A DNA stretch of 64,000 bases, from positions 496,001-560,000 of the forward strand of contig CAXHJY010001477.1 in the NCBI GenBank assembly GCA_964016885.1. Direction: 5' to 3'. Below, piece after piece: positions 49,924-61,227 of this stretch. Within the stretch, counting starts at the first letter, position 1. Every line of letters starts with the position of its first letter. A model generated the notes under the pieces. It saw nothing but the letters and a program-made list of their open reading frames with translations, had not been told where the DNA came from and did not search any database. This DNA is from Eledone cirrhosa (taxonomy: Eukaryota). Made by a program: the position numbers and the translations under genes.

Positions 49924-52110
49924 TATCACACATTCCTATAAAGTTTATATTATATATTATAATATATATGTAAATCTGGTTGGCATTAGGAAGAGCATCC
50001 AGCAGTAGAAATGAGGCCAAAATTGGTTCTGTATAAGCAAGACATACATAGTCATCTGACCCCGACTTGCCTCAAATAGAGCAACCTGTTTAACCCATGC
50101 TTCCATGGAAAATAGACAATGATGATTTAATGATGGTTTGGTAAAACTATCCAAGGTGTAGAGCACTCATTTCAGGAAATAAGTTTTGAATATATTATTA
50201 AATTTGATACTACAATGAAGACATAACACACACATATCTCATCATCACCATCACCATCATCATCATCATTTAATGTCCATTAATAAATCACATGGCTTAG
50301 TGGTTAGAGCATTGGCCTTGCAATCGAAAGGTTGTGAGTTCAATTCTCAGACCGGGTGATGTGTTATTTCCTTGAGCAAGACACTTTATTTCACATTGCT
50401 CCAGTTTACTCAGCTGTAGAAATGAGATGATAGGGACTGGAGTCCATATCATTCCACTGCAAAGTGGTCGTGGAGGTGCCACGGCAAAATAGCACCCAGC
50501 ACTCACTGTAAATGAGGTTGGTGTTAGGAAGGGCATCCAGCTGTAGAAATCAAGCCAGAATCAGTTCCCGTCCCACCCTTGCAAGCAGGGAAAAGCGGAC
50601 GTAAAATGAAATGATGATGAAATGACGATGAACCCATGTTATATATATATATAACCCATCCTAGCATGGAAAGTGGACGTTAAACGAAGATGATGATGAT
50701 GATGATGATATATATATATACACCCCAATCCACTACCCCTACCCTATCTTCCAACTCCCACCAACACCACCCTCTCTCTGTAAAGTTGGTACCACAACAT
50801 CCAGTCCAAATAAATGAGATCGAGATCATGTAGGTATCCTAAAAAAAACACAGTCCACGCTGTAATGTGGTCGTGTAGGTAACACGGTAAAACGTTCCCA
50901 GTTCCACACTGTAAATGTGGTTGGTGTTAGGAAGGGCATCCAGCCGTAGAAAACCTGCCAAATAGTCCTATATGAGCGAGACACGGTCACTCGACCAACC
51001 TTCCCTCAAGTGGGACAACTCCCGTCTAACCCATGCTAGCGTGGAAGATGGACGTAAGATGAAGATGATGATGATGATGATATATATATATATATATAAT
51101 TGAGATATGCTGATATACAGGAATCTGTATCCTACAACTTCTTTTCTCCATGAGAACATCCAGAATATGTTTATCAGAAGGTTCAGCAGCTCCCCCACCC
51201 GTCACTATAACTACAGGAGGTGAGGGGGAGAGGGGAGCTAGATAGAGAAAGAAAGGCTGGAGATGAGAGGGGGATGACAGAGAGATTATGAAGATCTGCT
51301 AAGTTAGTCTCTCCCCTTCTTACATTATATTATCAAGTTATTTGTGATGCTCCCATAACCCAGTTAAGTATAGTTGGGCCCTACAAATTCCACAATAATA
51401 ATAATAATAATAATTTCTACTTTAGGCACAAGGCCAGAAATGTTTTCGGTGGGGGAGTCGATTAAATCGACCCCAGTGCATAACTGGTACTTTATTTTAT
51501 TGACCCTGTAAGGATGAAAGGTAAAGGTAACCTCGGCGGGATTTGAACTCAGAACGTAAAGGGACGTAACAATATGCAGCAAAGCATGGTGCCTGGCGCT
51601 CTACCGATGGTTTCTGATTTAGACACAAGGCTCACAATTATATCAAACACAGTACATTACTGGTACTTTATTTCGTCAACCCCCGTAAGGATGAAAGGTA
51701 AAGCTAACCTTGGCAGGATTTGAACTCAAAACACAAAGGGTTGTAACTAATAATAATAAACATAATAAATAACTAAAAAAATAAATAAGCAAACTATGCA
51801 CTGTAATGTGGTCCTGTAGGTGCCATGACAAAAAGCACCCAGTACACACTGTAAAAGTGGTTGGTGTTACGAAGGGCTTTCAGCCATTGAGACAGTTCTC
51901 TATGAGCAACTCAGTCACTTGATCTGGATTGTCTAACCTATGCTAGCATGAAAAGATGAATAATAGCTTATACAAAAGGCCATGATTATTTCAAATGATC
52001 AACAGATTTAGTAAAAAACAACTCACCTCCAACGTAGAATCTTTCACTTCATTTTTTACAATCACCGAATGAAAAGTTGGAAATCTGGTGCCAAGGTTGA
52101 AATCTCTAAC
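40289..52110 (-). CDS. PDZD8: PDZ domain-containing protein 8 orthologue (SMP lipid-transfer, C2-like, PDZ; ER contact-site tether), partial: six internal exons, 750 nt
   Basis: Spliced translation: VRDFNLGTRFP...|VLEIALDIEYSGGFQMAVDVDLMFGKSAYL...FTRDPYTHWNFAFYE|EPHMEFEVEPRIEGKSFPQITSFIINQ|IKRVVKKKHTLPNYKIRFRPFF...FCTVSL|SFVEMK...VEITKGHNQPVGLLFKE|VVLTEHEEEVVMIDSIQPDSPAEKVDIRK. It is collinear with PDZD8 as I recall it (YNGGFHLAIDVDLVFGKSAYL; KHTLPNYKIRFKPFF; VELIKGNLQSVGL). All junctions are GT-AG with compatible phases. Confidence 0.93.
40455..40632 (+). mobile_element. Short SINE-like repeat (same family as 47819-47986 and 51395-51750)
   Basis: Contains ctgagttcaaatcc (B-box-like), ctttgcctttcatcc..ggggtcgataaaataaagtaccag and ggccttgtgccaaa, with an (ATT)n-like tail. 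Confidence 0.75.
41363..41917. repeat. 92-bp minisatellite, 6 near-identical copies
   Basis: ccacaatgtatcaccagatatc...ccagcttgg starts at 41363, 41455, 41547, 41639, 41731 and 41823. Confidence 0.97.
42181..42345. repeat. 58-bp tandem repeat, ~2.8 copies, with an inverted partial copy at ~41991-42028
   Basis: aaagagaggggagtagtatgaggta(a/g)tcataacaacagtggtagcagc at 42181, 42239 and 42297. Confidence 0.9.
42641..43146 (-). mobile_element. RTE subfamily A 3' fragment (ORF end plus 3' UTR)
   Basis: RKTWDDLINSDLTHLHLSKTMSLDRDLWRYTVIQKTHLA, followed by the UTR and a (GAT)n tail. Confidence 0.93.
43625..43742 (-). mobile_element. Degenerate tRNA-derived SINE head
   Basis: The minus strand reads gcatggcctagtggttagg (A-box-like) ... 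gagttcaatttcc (B-box-like) ... tctttgagcaag..acactttattt. Confidence 0.6.
43993..44099 (-). CDS. PDZD8: PDZD8 internal exon (107 nt, phase 1-0), start of PDZ domain
   Basis: tttgccag|GTTTTGTA...AAGGAG|gtaatt; FVEMKGINIKRKTWINIDVEITKGHNQPVGLLFKE. Confidence 0.87.
44535..44830 (-). mobile_element. RTE 3' UTR fragment with (GAT)n tail
   Basis: Matches the 3' UTRs of the RTE copies (gcaggttttctacagctggatgcccttcctaacaccaacc). Confidence 0.88.
44930..45240 (+). mobile_element. Old degenerate RTE fragment
   Basis: Remnants gcaatattgcacggtagtgacaca (AILHGSDT) and tggtatggacatgttatg (WYGHVM). Confidence 0.65.
45361..45574 (-). CDS. PDZD8: PDZD8 internal exon (214 nt, phase 0-1), end of SMP domain and C2-like segment
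   Basis: gatttcag|ATCAAG...TCACTCA|gtaagt; IKRVVKKKHTLPNYKIRFRPFF...LDVNVIGCSRL...LFCTVSL. Confidence 0.92.
45892..46981 (-). mobile_element. 5'-truncated RTE LINE subfamily B, with ~48-bp tandem repeats in the 3' UTR (~46100-46230)
   Basis: ORF 46391-46726 (AMLHGSETW, WYGHV, GRPKKTW), the end of the PHD, and a (GAT)n tail. The UTR matches 24585-25037. Confidence 0.92.
47225..47372 (+). mobile_element. Old RTE internal fragment
   Basis: Translates as ENDVVGEK...KKEPWKTYYE*LLNEENEWDK, homologous to the RTE ORF segment VGEKC...WKCHYERLLNEENKWEK. Confidence 0.65.
47819..47986 (-). mobile_element. SINE-like insertion with an 18-bp target-site duplication
   Basis: agccaggagagaaataat at 47801-47818 and 47987-48004. 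The body is homologous to 40455-40632 and contains B-box-like gagttcaaatccc. Confidence 0.88.
48035..48115 (-). CDS. PDZD8: PDZD8 internal exon (81 nt, phase 0-0), SMP domain
   Basis: ttttcccttcaag|GAACCA...AACCAG|gtaagt; EPHMEFEVEPRIEGKSFPQITSFIINQ. Confidence 0.92.
48754..49095 (-). mobile_element. CR1 3'-end fragment with (ATT)n tail
   Basis: Homologous to 32001-32300 (tgcagtgtctcgacagctaacaactgatgcaggtagtttgttcc). Confidence 0.9.
49308..49484 (-). CDS. PDZD8: PDZD8 internal exon (177 nt, phase 0-0), SMP domain
   Basis: ttgttgctag|GTGCTG...TATGAG|gttagt; VLEIALDIEYSGGFQMAVDVDLMFGKSAYLSITVTKLVGKARLLFTRDPYTHWNFAFYE. Confidence 0.95.
50289..50630 (+). mobile_element. tRNA-derived SINE with RTE-derived 3' tail
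   Basis: A box tggcttagtgg, B box gagttcaattct, core ccttgagcaagacact, and a tail shared with RTE 3' UTRs. A close copy lies at 59229-59570. Confidence 0.9.
50722..51081 (+). mobile_element. RTE subfamily A 3' UTR fragment
   Basis: Matches 39660-40012; (GAT)n tail followed by (TA)n. Confidence 0.88.
51395..51750 (-). mobile_element. Two tandem SINE-like copies (family of 47819-47986)
   Basis: aggatgaaaggtaaag..aacct(c/t)ggc(g/a)ggatttgaactca occurs twice; (AAT)n tail at ~51395-51413. Confidence 0.78.
52027..52110 (-). CDS. PDZD8: PDZD8 internal exon (84 nt, phase 0-0), SMP domain
   Basis: tttcttatcag|GTTAGA...TTGGAG|gtgagt; VRDFNLGTRFPTFHSVIVKNEVKDSTLE has the SMP-type D-x-x-LG-x-x-x-P motif. 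Confidence 0.87.
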
Positions 52111-52225
52111 CTGATAAGAAATAGTAAAGAAATCAATACCATTATGTATCAAGTTACACCTTTTTCTAACTTAATTACCAGACATTTACATGTGTGAGCA
52201 TAGTGTGTGTGTGCATATATATATG

Positions 52226-52262
<37 letters not shown>

Positions 52263-52273
52263 TATATATATAT

Positions 52274-52308
<35 letters not shown>

Positions 52309-52311
<3 letters not shown>

Positions 52312-55300
52312 TCATCACTTTACGTCCGCTTTTGCCTGCTTGCAAGGGTTGAACGGGTCCTATTCAGCACGGCATCTCTCCACTTGTCACAGTCCTTCGT
52401 CATCTCCCCCATGAACTTCAGCGATCTGATGTCAACTCTCACCACCGCCACCCATGTTTTTCGTGGTCTTCCTCTACTACGTCTTCCTTCAACTGGCATT
52501 TCTTCACCCATCGGTCATCCTCCATGCGCATTACATGTCCATACCACTTCAGTCTCCTCTCTCGCACACTACAACTTATCCCTGTCAGACACAGTTTCTC
52601 TCTCAACACATCCATGCTCAGCCGTTCACGCACATTTACACTGCACATCCAACAGAGCATACTTGCCTCATTTCTCTCCAGCCGTCGCATATCCTCTGCA
52701 GTTGATGCCCATGTCTCACTACCATGCAGCATCGCACTCCTAACACAGGCATCATATAACCGGCCTTTCGTGCGCAGGGAGAAACCATTCTTCGTAGCAG
52801 AGTAAGCAGCTCCCTAAACTTCTTCCAACCCGTCCTGATTCTAGATACTATGGCCTCGGAACACTCCCCTCCCATGCTAATCTGATCTCCTAGGTACTGG
52901 AAGCTACCCACCACTTCTATAGCACCCACCAGCATTTGAAAAATGTGTCTATCAATGCGACTTCTACTGTCTAATTTCCCTGTACATCTACTGCATACAT
53001 ATTTCTCCCTACCTGTTAGTTTGCCTGCTATCCCACTACATCTCTTGTGTACCCAGGATCTGCATTGTGTGCATTTTATAGAATTTATGCCAGTTCCTTT
53101 TCTGCATATCGAACATGGCCATTTACCTGATGGAATTAGAGTTTTGTCCTCTTTTCTACTCATCAACACCTTTGTCTTAGCTAGGTTCACCCTCAGTCCT
53201 CTTGCTTCCAACTGCTGTTTCCATAGTCAGAATTTATTCTCTAGCTTCTCTACTGATACTGCTATAAGAACCAGATCGTCAGCATAGAGAAGTTCCCATG
53301 GACAGCCAGTCTTAAACTCCTGTTATGGCTTGGAAGACTATAATGAACAAGAGCGGGCTGAGGACCAAACCTTGATGTACTCCTACTTGTATCTGGTATT
53401 CCTCACTAAACTCCATCCCTACCCTGACTTTACTGACAGTACCTCTGTATAAAGTTTGCACTGTCCTCACAAGCCATTCCTAGTTTCCTTAGGGACCACC
53501 AGATGACAGATCGGGGTACCCTATCAAAGGACTTCTCTAAGTCAACAAAGGTTAAGTATAGTGGCTTATTTTTCTCTAAGAACCTCTCTTGTAATAGACT
53601 CACCAAGAAGAGGGCATCTGTTGTACTCTTCCCAGGCACAGAACCAAACTGCATCTCATCTAGTTTGACCCTTTCTCTAATTAGCTATGCTAATATCCTT
53701 TCTGCCACTTTCATAACCTGATCCATCAGTTTTATACCCCTATAATTGCTCCTCTCCAGAGCATCCCCTTTACCTTTGTAGCAATTTATGAGAATACTGC
53801 TGCACCAATCTTTCGGTATGACACCACCATATATAGCCTGATTGATGATGCGTGCAACCAGTTTAGTGCCTACGTCCACTGATGCCTTCAACATCTCAGC
53901 AACTATCCCCGATGGTCCAGCAGCCTTACCATTTTTCATTCCCTTAATCGCCTCTTGGACCCTATATTCGTCAATCTCAATAGCTGGTCCCTCTGTCGGA
54001 TCTACCAAGGGTAATTTCTCTCTCTCCCATTCATTCTCCACATTCATCAGTCTCTCATAATGACATTTCCAGGCCTTCTTTTTCTGATCATTCGTGACAC
54101 TAAGTACATCGGCATCATCCCGGACACATTTATCTCCAACAACATCCTGATTTGCATTGACAGACTGCCTTGCAATGTGGAACACCGCACGCCTCTGATC
54201 TTCCTGTCGCAGAACATTGGTAAACCTCCTACTCTCAGCCTCCCTGCGTGCTAAGCACACCTGACATCTAGCTTCTCTCTTAGCGGCTGTATATCCTTCT
54301 CTACTCCCACCCTTTTTCCAAGTCTTCCATGCTAGTCTTTTGTCTCTAATGGCCTTATCTACTGTGCTGTTCCACCACCAGGTCACTCTCTGTCTGGTTG
54401 GAGCTCTGCTCCAGCCACAAGTTTCATCACTAGCCTGCAGCAAGTTGTCACGTAAGAAATTCCTGTTATTATCTATGTCATACGTCTCCAAATCGTCTCC
54501 TTTTTCGTCATACACATCTTGAAGGGCTTTCCTAAATTTGTATTTTAGTGAAAGGTCTTTTAGCTTCCAGACCTTTCTTCTCCACACCTTCCTGTATGTC
54601 TCATTCCATATCTTGCTTACTGAGATATCACTAACGACTAACCTATGCTGTGGGGTACATTCTTCCCCAGGGTATGCCTTGGTATTAGACACTATCTGCC
54701 TGTCCCGCTGCCTAACTAGCAGGAAGTCAATCTGGCTTATGTGCTCACCAGATTTGTAGGTTATTAGGTGATTGGCAGGTTTCTGGAAGTTAGTGTTGCA
54801 AATGGTTAGTGCACTTGCATCACAAAATTCAAGAAGTCTCACTCCTTCTTCATTTCTTGAGCCGTTACCGTGCCCACCATGTACTCCAGTGTAACTATCC
54901 AGGAGCTGTCCAACATGACAATTGAAGTCCCCTGCTAGCATAACGATGTCTCCTTCCTCTGTCATTGCGGTTGTTTGTAAAAGTTACTCGTAAAAGCAGT
55001 CTTTCTCTTCTTTGCATTGGCCTGCTTGGGGAGAATAGGCAGAGATGATTGTCAGTAGTCTCCTGCCTACAACTAATCTAAGCTTAATTATTTGATTACT
55101 AACTCGAACTACCTCTATTGTCTTATTGATCCATCTCTCAGCCAGGAAAATACCTACTCCCCCTAACCCATCATACTTACCTACCCAGAAAAGCTTATAG
55201 CTAAGATGTTTGCCTACGACTAGTCTCGCAGAGGCACCTCTCCATCTCACCTCTTGCACGCAGTTCACATCCACCTGCCTTCTCTCCAGCATCTCCGCTA

Positions 55301-55370
55301 TTTCAGCAGATCTACCTCTGAGAGTGCCAACATTAAGTGTGGCAACTTTGAGATGCGACGTCTTCATATT
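52309..55370 (-). mobile_element. Near full-length decayed RTE LINE of a distinct family (C) with almost no 3' UTR
   Basis: ORF pieces 54984-55367, 53685-54965, 53430-53654, 52636-53211 and 52439-52732 carry APE motifs, LYADDL (~53280) and the PHD (CSIC..CTQC..HKRC..CSRC). The protein is clearly diverged from subfamily A. Its (GAT)n tail abuts (TA)n. Confidence 0.94.
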
Positions 55371-55573
55371 TTGTTGTTCCTAACTACTTGCTGTGCTTAT
55401 AATCGTTTTGGCATTGATACACTGGTTGGATGCCCTTCCTAACACCAGCACCACTTTACAGCATGGACTGGGTGCTTTTATTTGAGCCACCAGCACTAGA
55501 GAGGATGTCTTACTAGACTCAAGGGCTCTCTCTACCCCTCCATTTTACAGCATGGTCATAAAAAAAACAACAC

Positions 55574-55626
<53 letters not shown>

Positions 55627-55631
55627 TATAT

Positions 55632-58600
55632 ATCATCATCATCATCATCATCATCGTTTAACGTCCATGTTCCACGCTTGCATGGGTTTGGACGGGAGTT
55701 TTCCCACTTGAGGCAAGAGTGGTTGTCATTGCTCGCATAGGACTGTCTGGCGGGTTTTCTACAGCTGGATGCCCTTCCTAACACCAACCACATTTACAGT
55801 GTGGGGCTGGGAGGTTTTTACAGTGTTGCCTACACGGCCACATTACAGCGTGGACTGTGTGTTTTTTTGTCGTGACACCTACACAACCTCATTTGTTTCG
55901 GCCTGGATGTTGTGGCACCAACATAACTTTACATTGAAAGGGGTGGTGTGGATGGGGTGGGGGTGGTGGGACGGGGGTGTATTTTGTTAGAGATGCCTAC
56001 TGACTGTAGTAGGTTTTACTTTGTATTTAGGTAAGGCGGGTCTTCTCTATTACTGAGTACCGCCAAAAGTCTCGGTCCAGTGACATTGTATTGGAGAGGT
56101 GTAAGTGTGTGAGGTCGGAATTTATCAGCTCGTCCCAGGTTTTTCTGGGTCTGCCTACTCCGTGGCTACCGTCTATCTTTATTGCCCTGCACTTTTTTAT
56201 ACAGCTGTCGCCTTTCATGCGCATCACGTGACCATACCAACGTAGCCTTCTCTCGAGTAAACAACATCTGATCCCTCTTATTTCTAATTTTTTCCTTAGT
56301 TCGTTTATGCTTTGCTGTTCACGTATATTACTATTACACATCCAGCGGAGCATGCAAGCTTCATTCCTATCCAGTCTGCGTATATCCTCTGCACACAATG
56401 CCCAGGTCTCACTGCCATGTAGCATTGCTGTTCGTATGCAGGCATCATACAACCTGCCTTTCATTTTTAGGGAGAACACTTTAGCGGCTAACAGTGGTAT
56501 AAGCTTTCTGAACTTTTTCCACCCAGTTCTGACTCTAGCTACTGTACTTTCAGAGCACGCTCCCCCACTGCTGATTTTGTCACCCAGGTAACGGAAGCTG
56601 TCCACTAGTTCTATAGAACCCTCTGCTCAGTTGAAAGAGCTAGTATTTTGTGGGCATTTGCTGCTACTTATTGCACCAGAGCACCGACCACATGTAAAAT
56701 CTATGTTCTTAGTTAGCTTACCTGTGATCCCACTACATCTTTTATGCACCCATACTTTGCATTTGGGACATAAAATGGAGTTTCTACCTACGCCTTTCCT
56801 ACACACTGAGCATGGCCATTTCCCGGAAGGGACCGGCACCTTATTTTCTTTCCTACAAACTAGAACTTTAGTCTTAGCCAGGTTAATTTTAAGGCCTTTT
56901 GATTCTAGGCCGTGCTTCCATGTTTGGAATTTCTTCTCTAGCTCTGCCATTGATTCAGCTATGAGGGTTAGATCATCTGCGTATAGGAGTTCCCATGGGC
57001 AGCCGGTCTTGAACTCCTCTGTTATAGCCTGAAGGGCAATAATAAATAGTAGGGGGCTAAGAACAGAGCCCTGATGGACACCAACTTTTACGCTAAACTC
57101 TTCACTATATCCATTGTTAATTCTAACCTTGCTGACTGTTTCTTTATACATGGCTTGTATAGCTCTCACAAGCCATTCGTCAGCACCTAGTGTTCTAAGA
57201 GCCCACCAGATAATGGAACAGGGGACTCTGTCGAAGGCTTTCTCCAAGTCGACAAAAGCTAAATATAGGGGTTTACTTTTAGCTAGGTACTTCTCCTGTA
57301 GTTGTCGTACAATGAAGAGAGCGTCTGTGGTACTTTTGCCTGACACAAACCCGAACTGCATTTCATCTAGATCAATTCTCTCTCTGATTAGTTGCGCTAT
57401 TACTTTTTCCGTGACCTTCATGACCTGGTCGATTAATTTAATGCCTCTATAGTTACTCCTATCTAGGGCATCTCCTTTACCCTTGTAACAGTTAACGATG
57501 ATGCTGCTACGCCAGTCCTTCGGAACAACCCCATTCTGTATGACTTGGTTTACTATCCGGGTGACCATGGTGTGTCCCACCGTTCCAGAGGCTTTCAGCA
57601 TCTCAGCAACTATTTCCGAAGGCCCAGCCACTTTACCCGTCTTCATATCTTTGATTGCCTTACTTATTATACTACCTTCGACTAACACTGCTGGTCCCTC
57701 TATTGGGTCCATGTGGGGGAGACTGTCTTTCTCCCATTTATTTTCCTCATTTAGTAGCCTTTCGTAGTGACACTTCCAAGCTACCTTCTTATCAGCGTCA
57801 GTGATGGCAAGTACGCCATCATCGTTAAGTACACACTTCTCCCCGACAATATCACGGTTCTCCTTGACACATTGCCTAGCAATCCTGAACACCTCACGTT
57901 TTTGGTCCTCGCGTTGTAGAACATGCTTGAACTTTCTTTCCTCTGCTTCCCTTCTTGCGAAATACACTTGTCTCCTCGCTTCCCTCCTGGCCACTTGATG
58001 GTCTTCTCTACTTCCTCCATCCCGCCATGCTTTCCAAGCCTGCTTTTTGGCCTTGATTGACCCCTCCACCTTACTGTTCCACCACCATGTTACTCTCCTC
58101 CTGCCTTCAGGCCTGCTCCAGCCACAGACTTCGTCTGCCACCATCAGCAGGTTTGCTTTCAGGAATTCCCACTGTTCCTCTACATTGTATGACTATAAAT
58201 TGCTCTTCCTTACTGTCGAAAGCATCAAGTAATATGCTTTGAAATTTATTTCTGGGTGTGGGATCCTTTAGCTTCCATATTTTTCTCCTGAGGATAGTCC
58301 TCTTCTGCTGTCTAGTACGTCTCGTCCTGACTATGAGGTCGCTAATTATCAGTCTATGTGCATTCTTCATGGGGGAGGGATTTAGTGTTTACAACAGACA
58401 CTCTGTCACGTCTTCTGGTAAGGATATAATCTACCTGGCTTGTGTGTTCCCCGGATCTATAGGTGATCAGGTGATTGTCACGTTTTTTGAAGTTAGTGTT
58501 ACAGATAGTTAGGTTATTTGCATCACAGAATTCCAGGATTCTGGAGCCTTCCTCATTTCTAGTACCAAACCCATAGCCTCCGTGGATTCCGTCATAGCCG

Positions 58601-59185
58601 TCACAATGTTGTCCAACGTGGCCATTTAGGTCGCCAGCAATAATTATATAGTCACTGTCGGTTATTTGGGAGGTAGTGCGTATCAGTGTCTCATAGAATC
58701 TGTCTTTTATAGTGCCGGGCAGTCCGGATTGTGGTGCATATGCAGATATTATTGTCACAGTAGTTCTATTGAGGACAAGTCTTATTTTAATTATTCTGTC
58801 ATTCACTCTATTTACATCTATTATCTTATACACCCATTTTTCTGCAAACATGATTCCTACCACACCTATCCCATTGTCATTTCCCACCCAGAAAAGCTTA
58901 TAGCAACGTTTTTTACCCACAATGAATCTAGCAGACCCGCCCCTCCACCTGGTCTCTTGGATACAGCAAACATCAACCTCCTTACGTTCAAGCAATTCTA
59001 CAACCTCGTTAGAGCGGCCTTTTAAGGTGCCTACGTTCATGGTACCAACTCTGAAGTTTTGGATTGTGTTTGGAGGATGGGGTGAAGGGAGGGGTGAGGG
59101 TGATGAGTTTGGGGTTATGTTGGCCATCCGCGGTCGAAACAAAGAGGGGGGGGGCCTTGCCCTTTCGTCCGGCAGCATGAGGTGA
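55632..59185 (-). mobile_element. Full-length inactivated RTE LINE subfamily A copy 3, flanked by (TA)n on both sides
   Basis: ORFs 58354-59232, 58107-58370, 56627-58144 (intact YADD and PHD) and 56027-56605. Frameshifts near 58360 and 58190, and a TGC>TGA nonsense change at 56627-56629. Confidence 0.96.
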
Positions 59186-59228
59186 ATATATATATATATA
59201 TATATATAAATATATATTATATATGTTT

Positions 59229-59570
59229 GCACATGGCTTAGTGGTTAGAGCATTGGCCTTGCAATCGAAAGGTTGTGAGTTCAATTCTCAGACCGGGTGA
59301 TGTGTTGTTTCCTTGAGCAAGACACTTTATTTCACATTGCTCCAGTTTACTCAGCTGTAGAAATGAGATGATAGGGGTTGGGGTCCATATCATTCTACTG
59401 CAAAGTGGTTGTGGAGGTGCCACGGCAAAAAAGCACCCAGCACTCACTGTAAATGAGATTGGTGTTAGGAAGGGCATCCAGCTGTAGAGATCAAGCCAGA
59501 ATCAGTTCACGTCCCACCCTTGCAAGCAGCGAAAAGTGGACATAAAATGAAATGATGAATGAAATGATGA
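59229..59570 (+). mobile_element. tRNA-derived SINE with RTE-derived tail and ~13-bp TSD
   Basis: Close copy of 50289-50630; attatatatgttt at 59216-59228 and 59570-59582. Confidence 0.9.
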
Positions 59571-59689
59571 TTATATATGTTTCTATCAATCTCCTACTTA
59601 TTTGAAAAGCAATGTTGTGATCCACTTCAGAGAAAAAAACAAAATATGTATTTATGGCTTAATTAATATCATGAAACAAATAATTAATG

Positions 59690-60080
59690 TGTGTGGCCTA
59701 ATGGTTAGAGTATTGGATTCATAATCATAAGGTGATGGACTTAATTCTTTGATCAGGCTGTCTATTGTGCTCTTGAGAGAGGCACTTCATTTCATGTTTC
59801 TTTATAGAGATATGTGGAGGCATGTGGCCTAGTGGTAAGGGTGTTGGACTTACAATCATAATGTCGTGGGTTTGATTCCTGGACTGGATTGTGTGTTCTG
59901 TTCTTGAGCAAAACACTTCATTTCATGTTGCTCCAGTATATGAGCTGAAAATGAGTACTAGCAGGGGAATTATCCCTGCGATGGACTAGTGTCCTATCCA
60001 AGGGGGAGTCTTGTTCTTTCAGTGCCTTGAAACCAGGATAAGCACCAGCCTAAATGAGCCTACTGGCTTAAGATAGACTT
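59690..60080 (+). mobile_element. Two older tRNA-derived SINE copies (partial ~59690-59800; longer ~59818-60080)
   Basis: A boxes tgtggccta(a/g)tggt, gggtttgattcctgg, and core ttcttgagcaaaacacttcatttcatgttgctccag. Confidence 0.7.
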
Positions 60081-60899
60081 ATAGATATATACTGTACTCC
60101 AGAATGCATCCTTAGACTTTATCCATCCGTAGATAATGGATAAGTGTAAACACTTTGTCTTTATAAATGATATATTTCTGGACAAAATAAAAGAAGGACA
60201 AACTGAACTAGTTTTAATCCTGTGTTTGGAGTTAATCAGTGAATGTATATCTTCTTTAATCGTCCACAGAGATGTTGCTTGTAAGAAACTATTACTAAGA
60301 ATATATAATTATTGTCATGTCTTTCATACAACTGAAGAGTCATCTCAACTTATTGTTTGGCCTGGTTTTCTATGGCTAGATATCTTTCTTATCATCAAAC
60401 ACTTTACAGGGTGAACTGTGGCACCAGCACTAGAGAGGTTGTTCTGTCTTGGGCACAATTGAAGTGTCCTCTCTACTCTATATTGTCTGTGTTTGGTTGC
60501 CAGCCACTTTACATCTGTTCACCTAACTCTCAACATTTGTTGCCAGACCTTCTGGTAGTCAAATATTATTGGATTCTTATGTTTACCTGGAAATAAAGTT
60601 AACAAGATATTTAGTCCCAAACATTTATACTAAAGAGAATCCAGTAAAATGTCTTCAGCAAAATGAATCACTGGGAGACATCATTAAATTGATAATTGAT
60701 TCAACTTATTACATTGTAAATACATTTCATAATTAAGATGTTTTCATACAAGCTAAACCAAATATTCACACATTGATTTTAATTTTTTTATTTTTCTCAA
60801 CAGTAGAGACTGCTAAAGATCAATAACTAAAACAGATCAGTATCCAAGAAACATATTCACATACCACTCAAATATCAATAATTAAAGTAAAAATAAATA

Positions 60900-61060
60900 C
60901 ATGGTTGTGTGGGTAGGGAGTTTACCTTGCAGCCACTTGCTTTTGGGATTCACTTCCCACTATGTAGTGATACCTTGAGCAAGTATTTCCTACTACTGTA
61001 GCCTCAGATTCACTAATGTCTTATGAAGAAAGTTTGGTGGACAGAAACAGCAGAAACCAA
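60900..61060 (+). mobile_element. Degenerate SINE-like element followed by a (GT/GCGT)n microsatellite
   Basis: catggttgtgtgggtagg head and accttgagcaagtattt core. Confidence 0.5.
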
Positions 61061-61227
61061 TGATGTGTCTGTGTGCATGTGTGCGTGCGTGCGTTTGTGC
61101 GTGTGTGTGTGAGTTAGTAGTTTGAAAGTTAAATGAAATAAGTACAACAATTGAAAAAAATAACTACTGGGGTTGAACTGATAAACTAAATCGATTTAAA
61201 ATACTGCCCCAGCATGGCCTCAGTACA

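Noticed and set aside
50289-50360. tRNA gene (also at 59229-59300 and 59818-59890)
   Set aside because: A and B boxes are present, but the anticodon and acceptor stems do not pair and the sequence continues into SINE core and LINE tail. These are SINE heads.
60520-60590. Possible upstream PDZD8 exon after an acceptor-like tttccag
   Set aside because: Two frames stop quickly and the third (KHKNPIIFDYQKVWQQ) shows no recognisable similarity to the SMP region expected upstream
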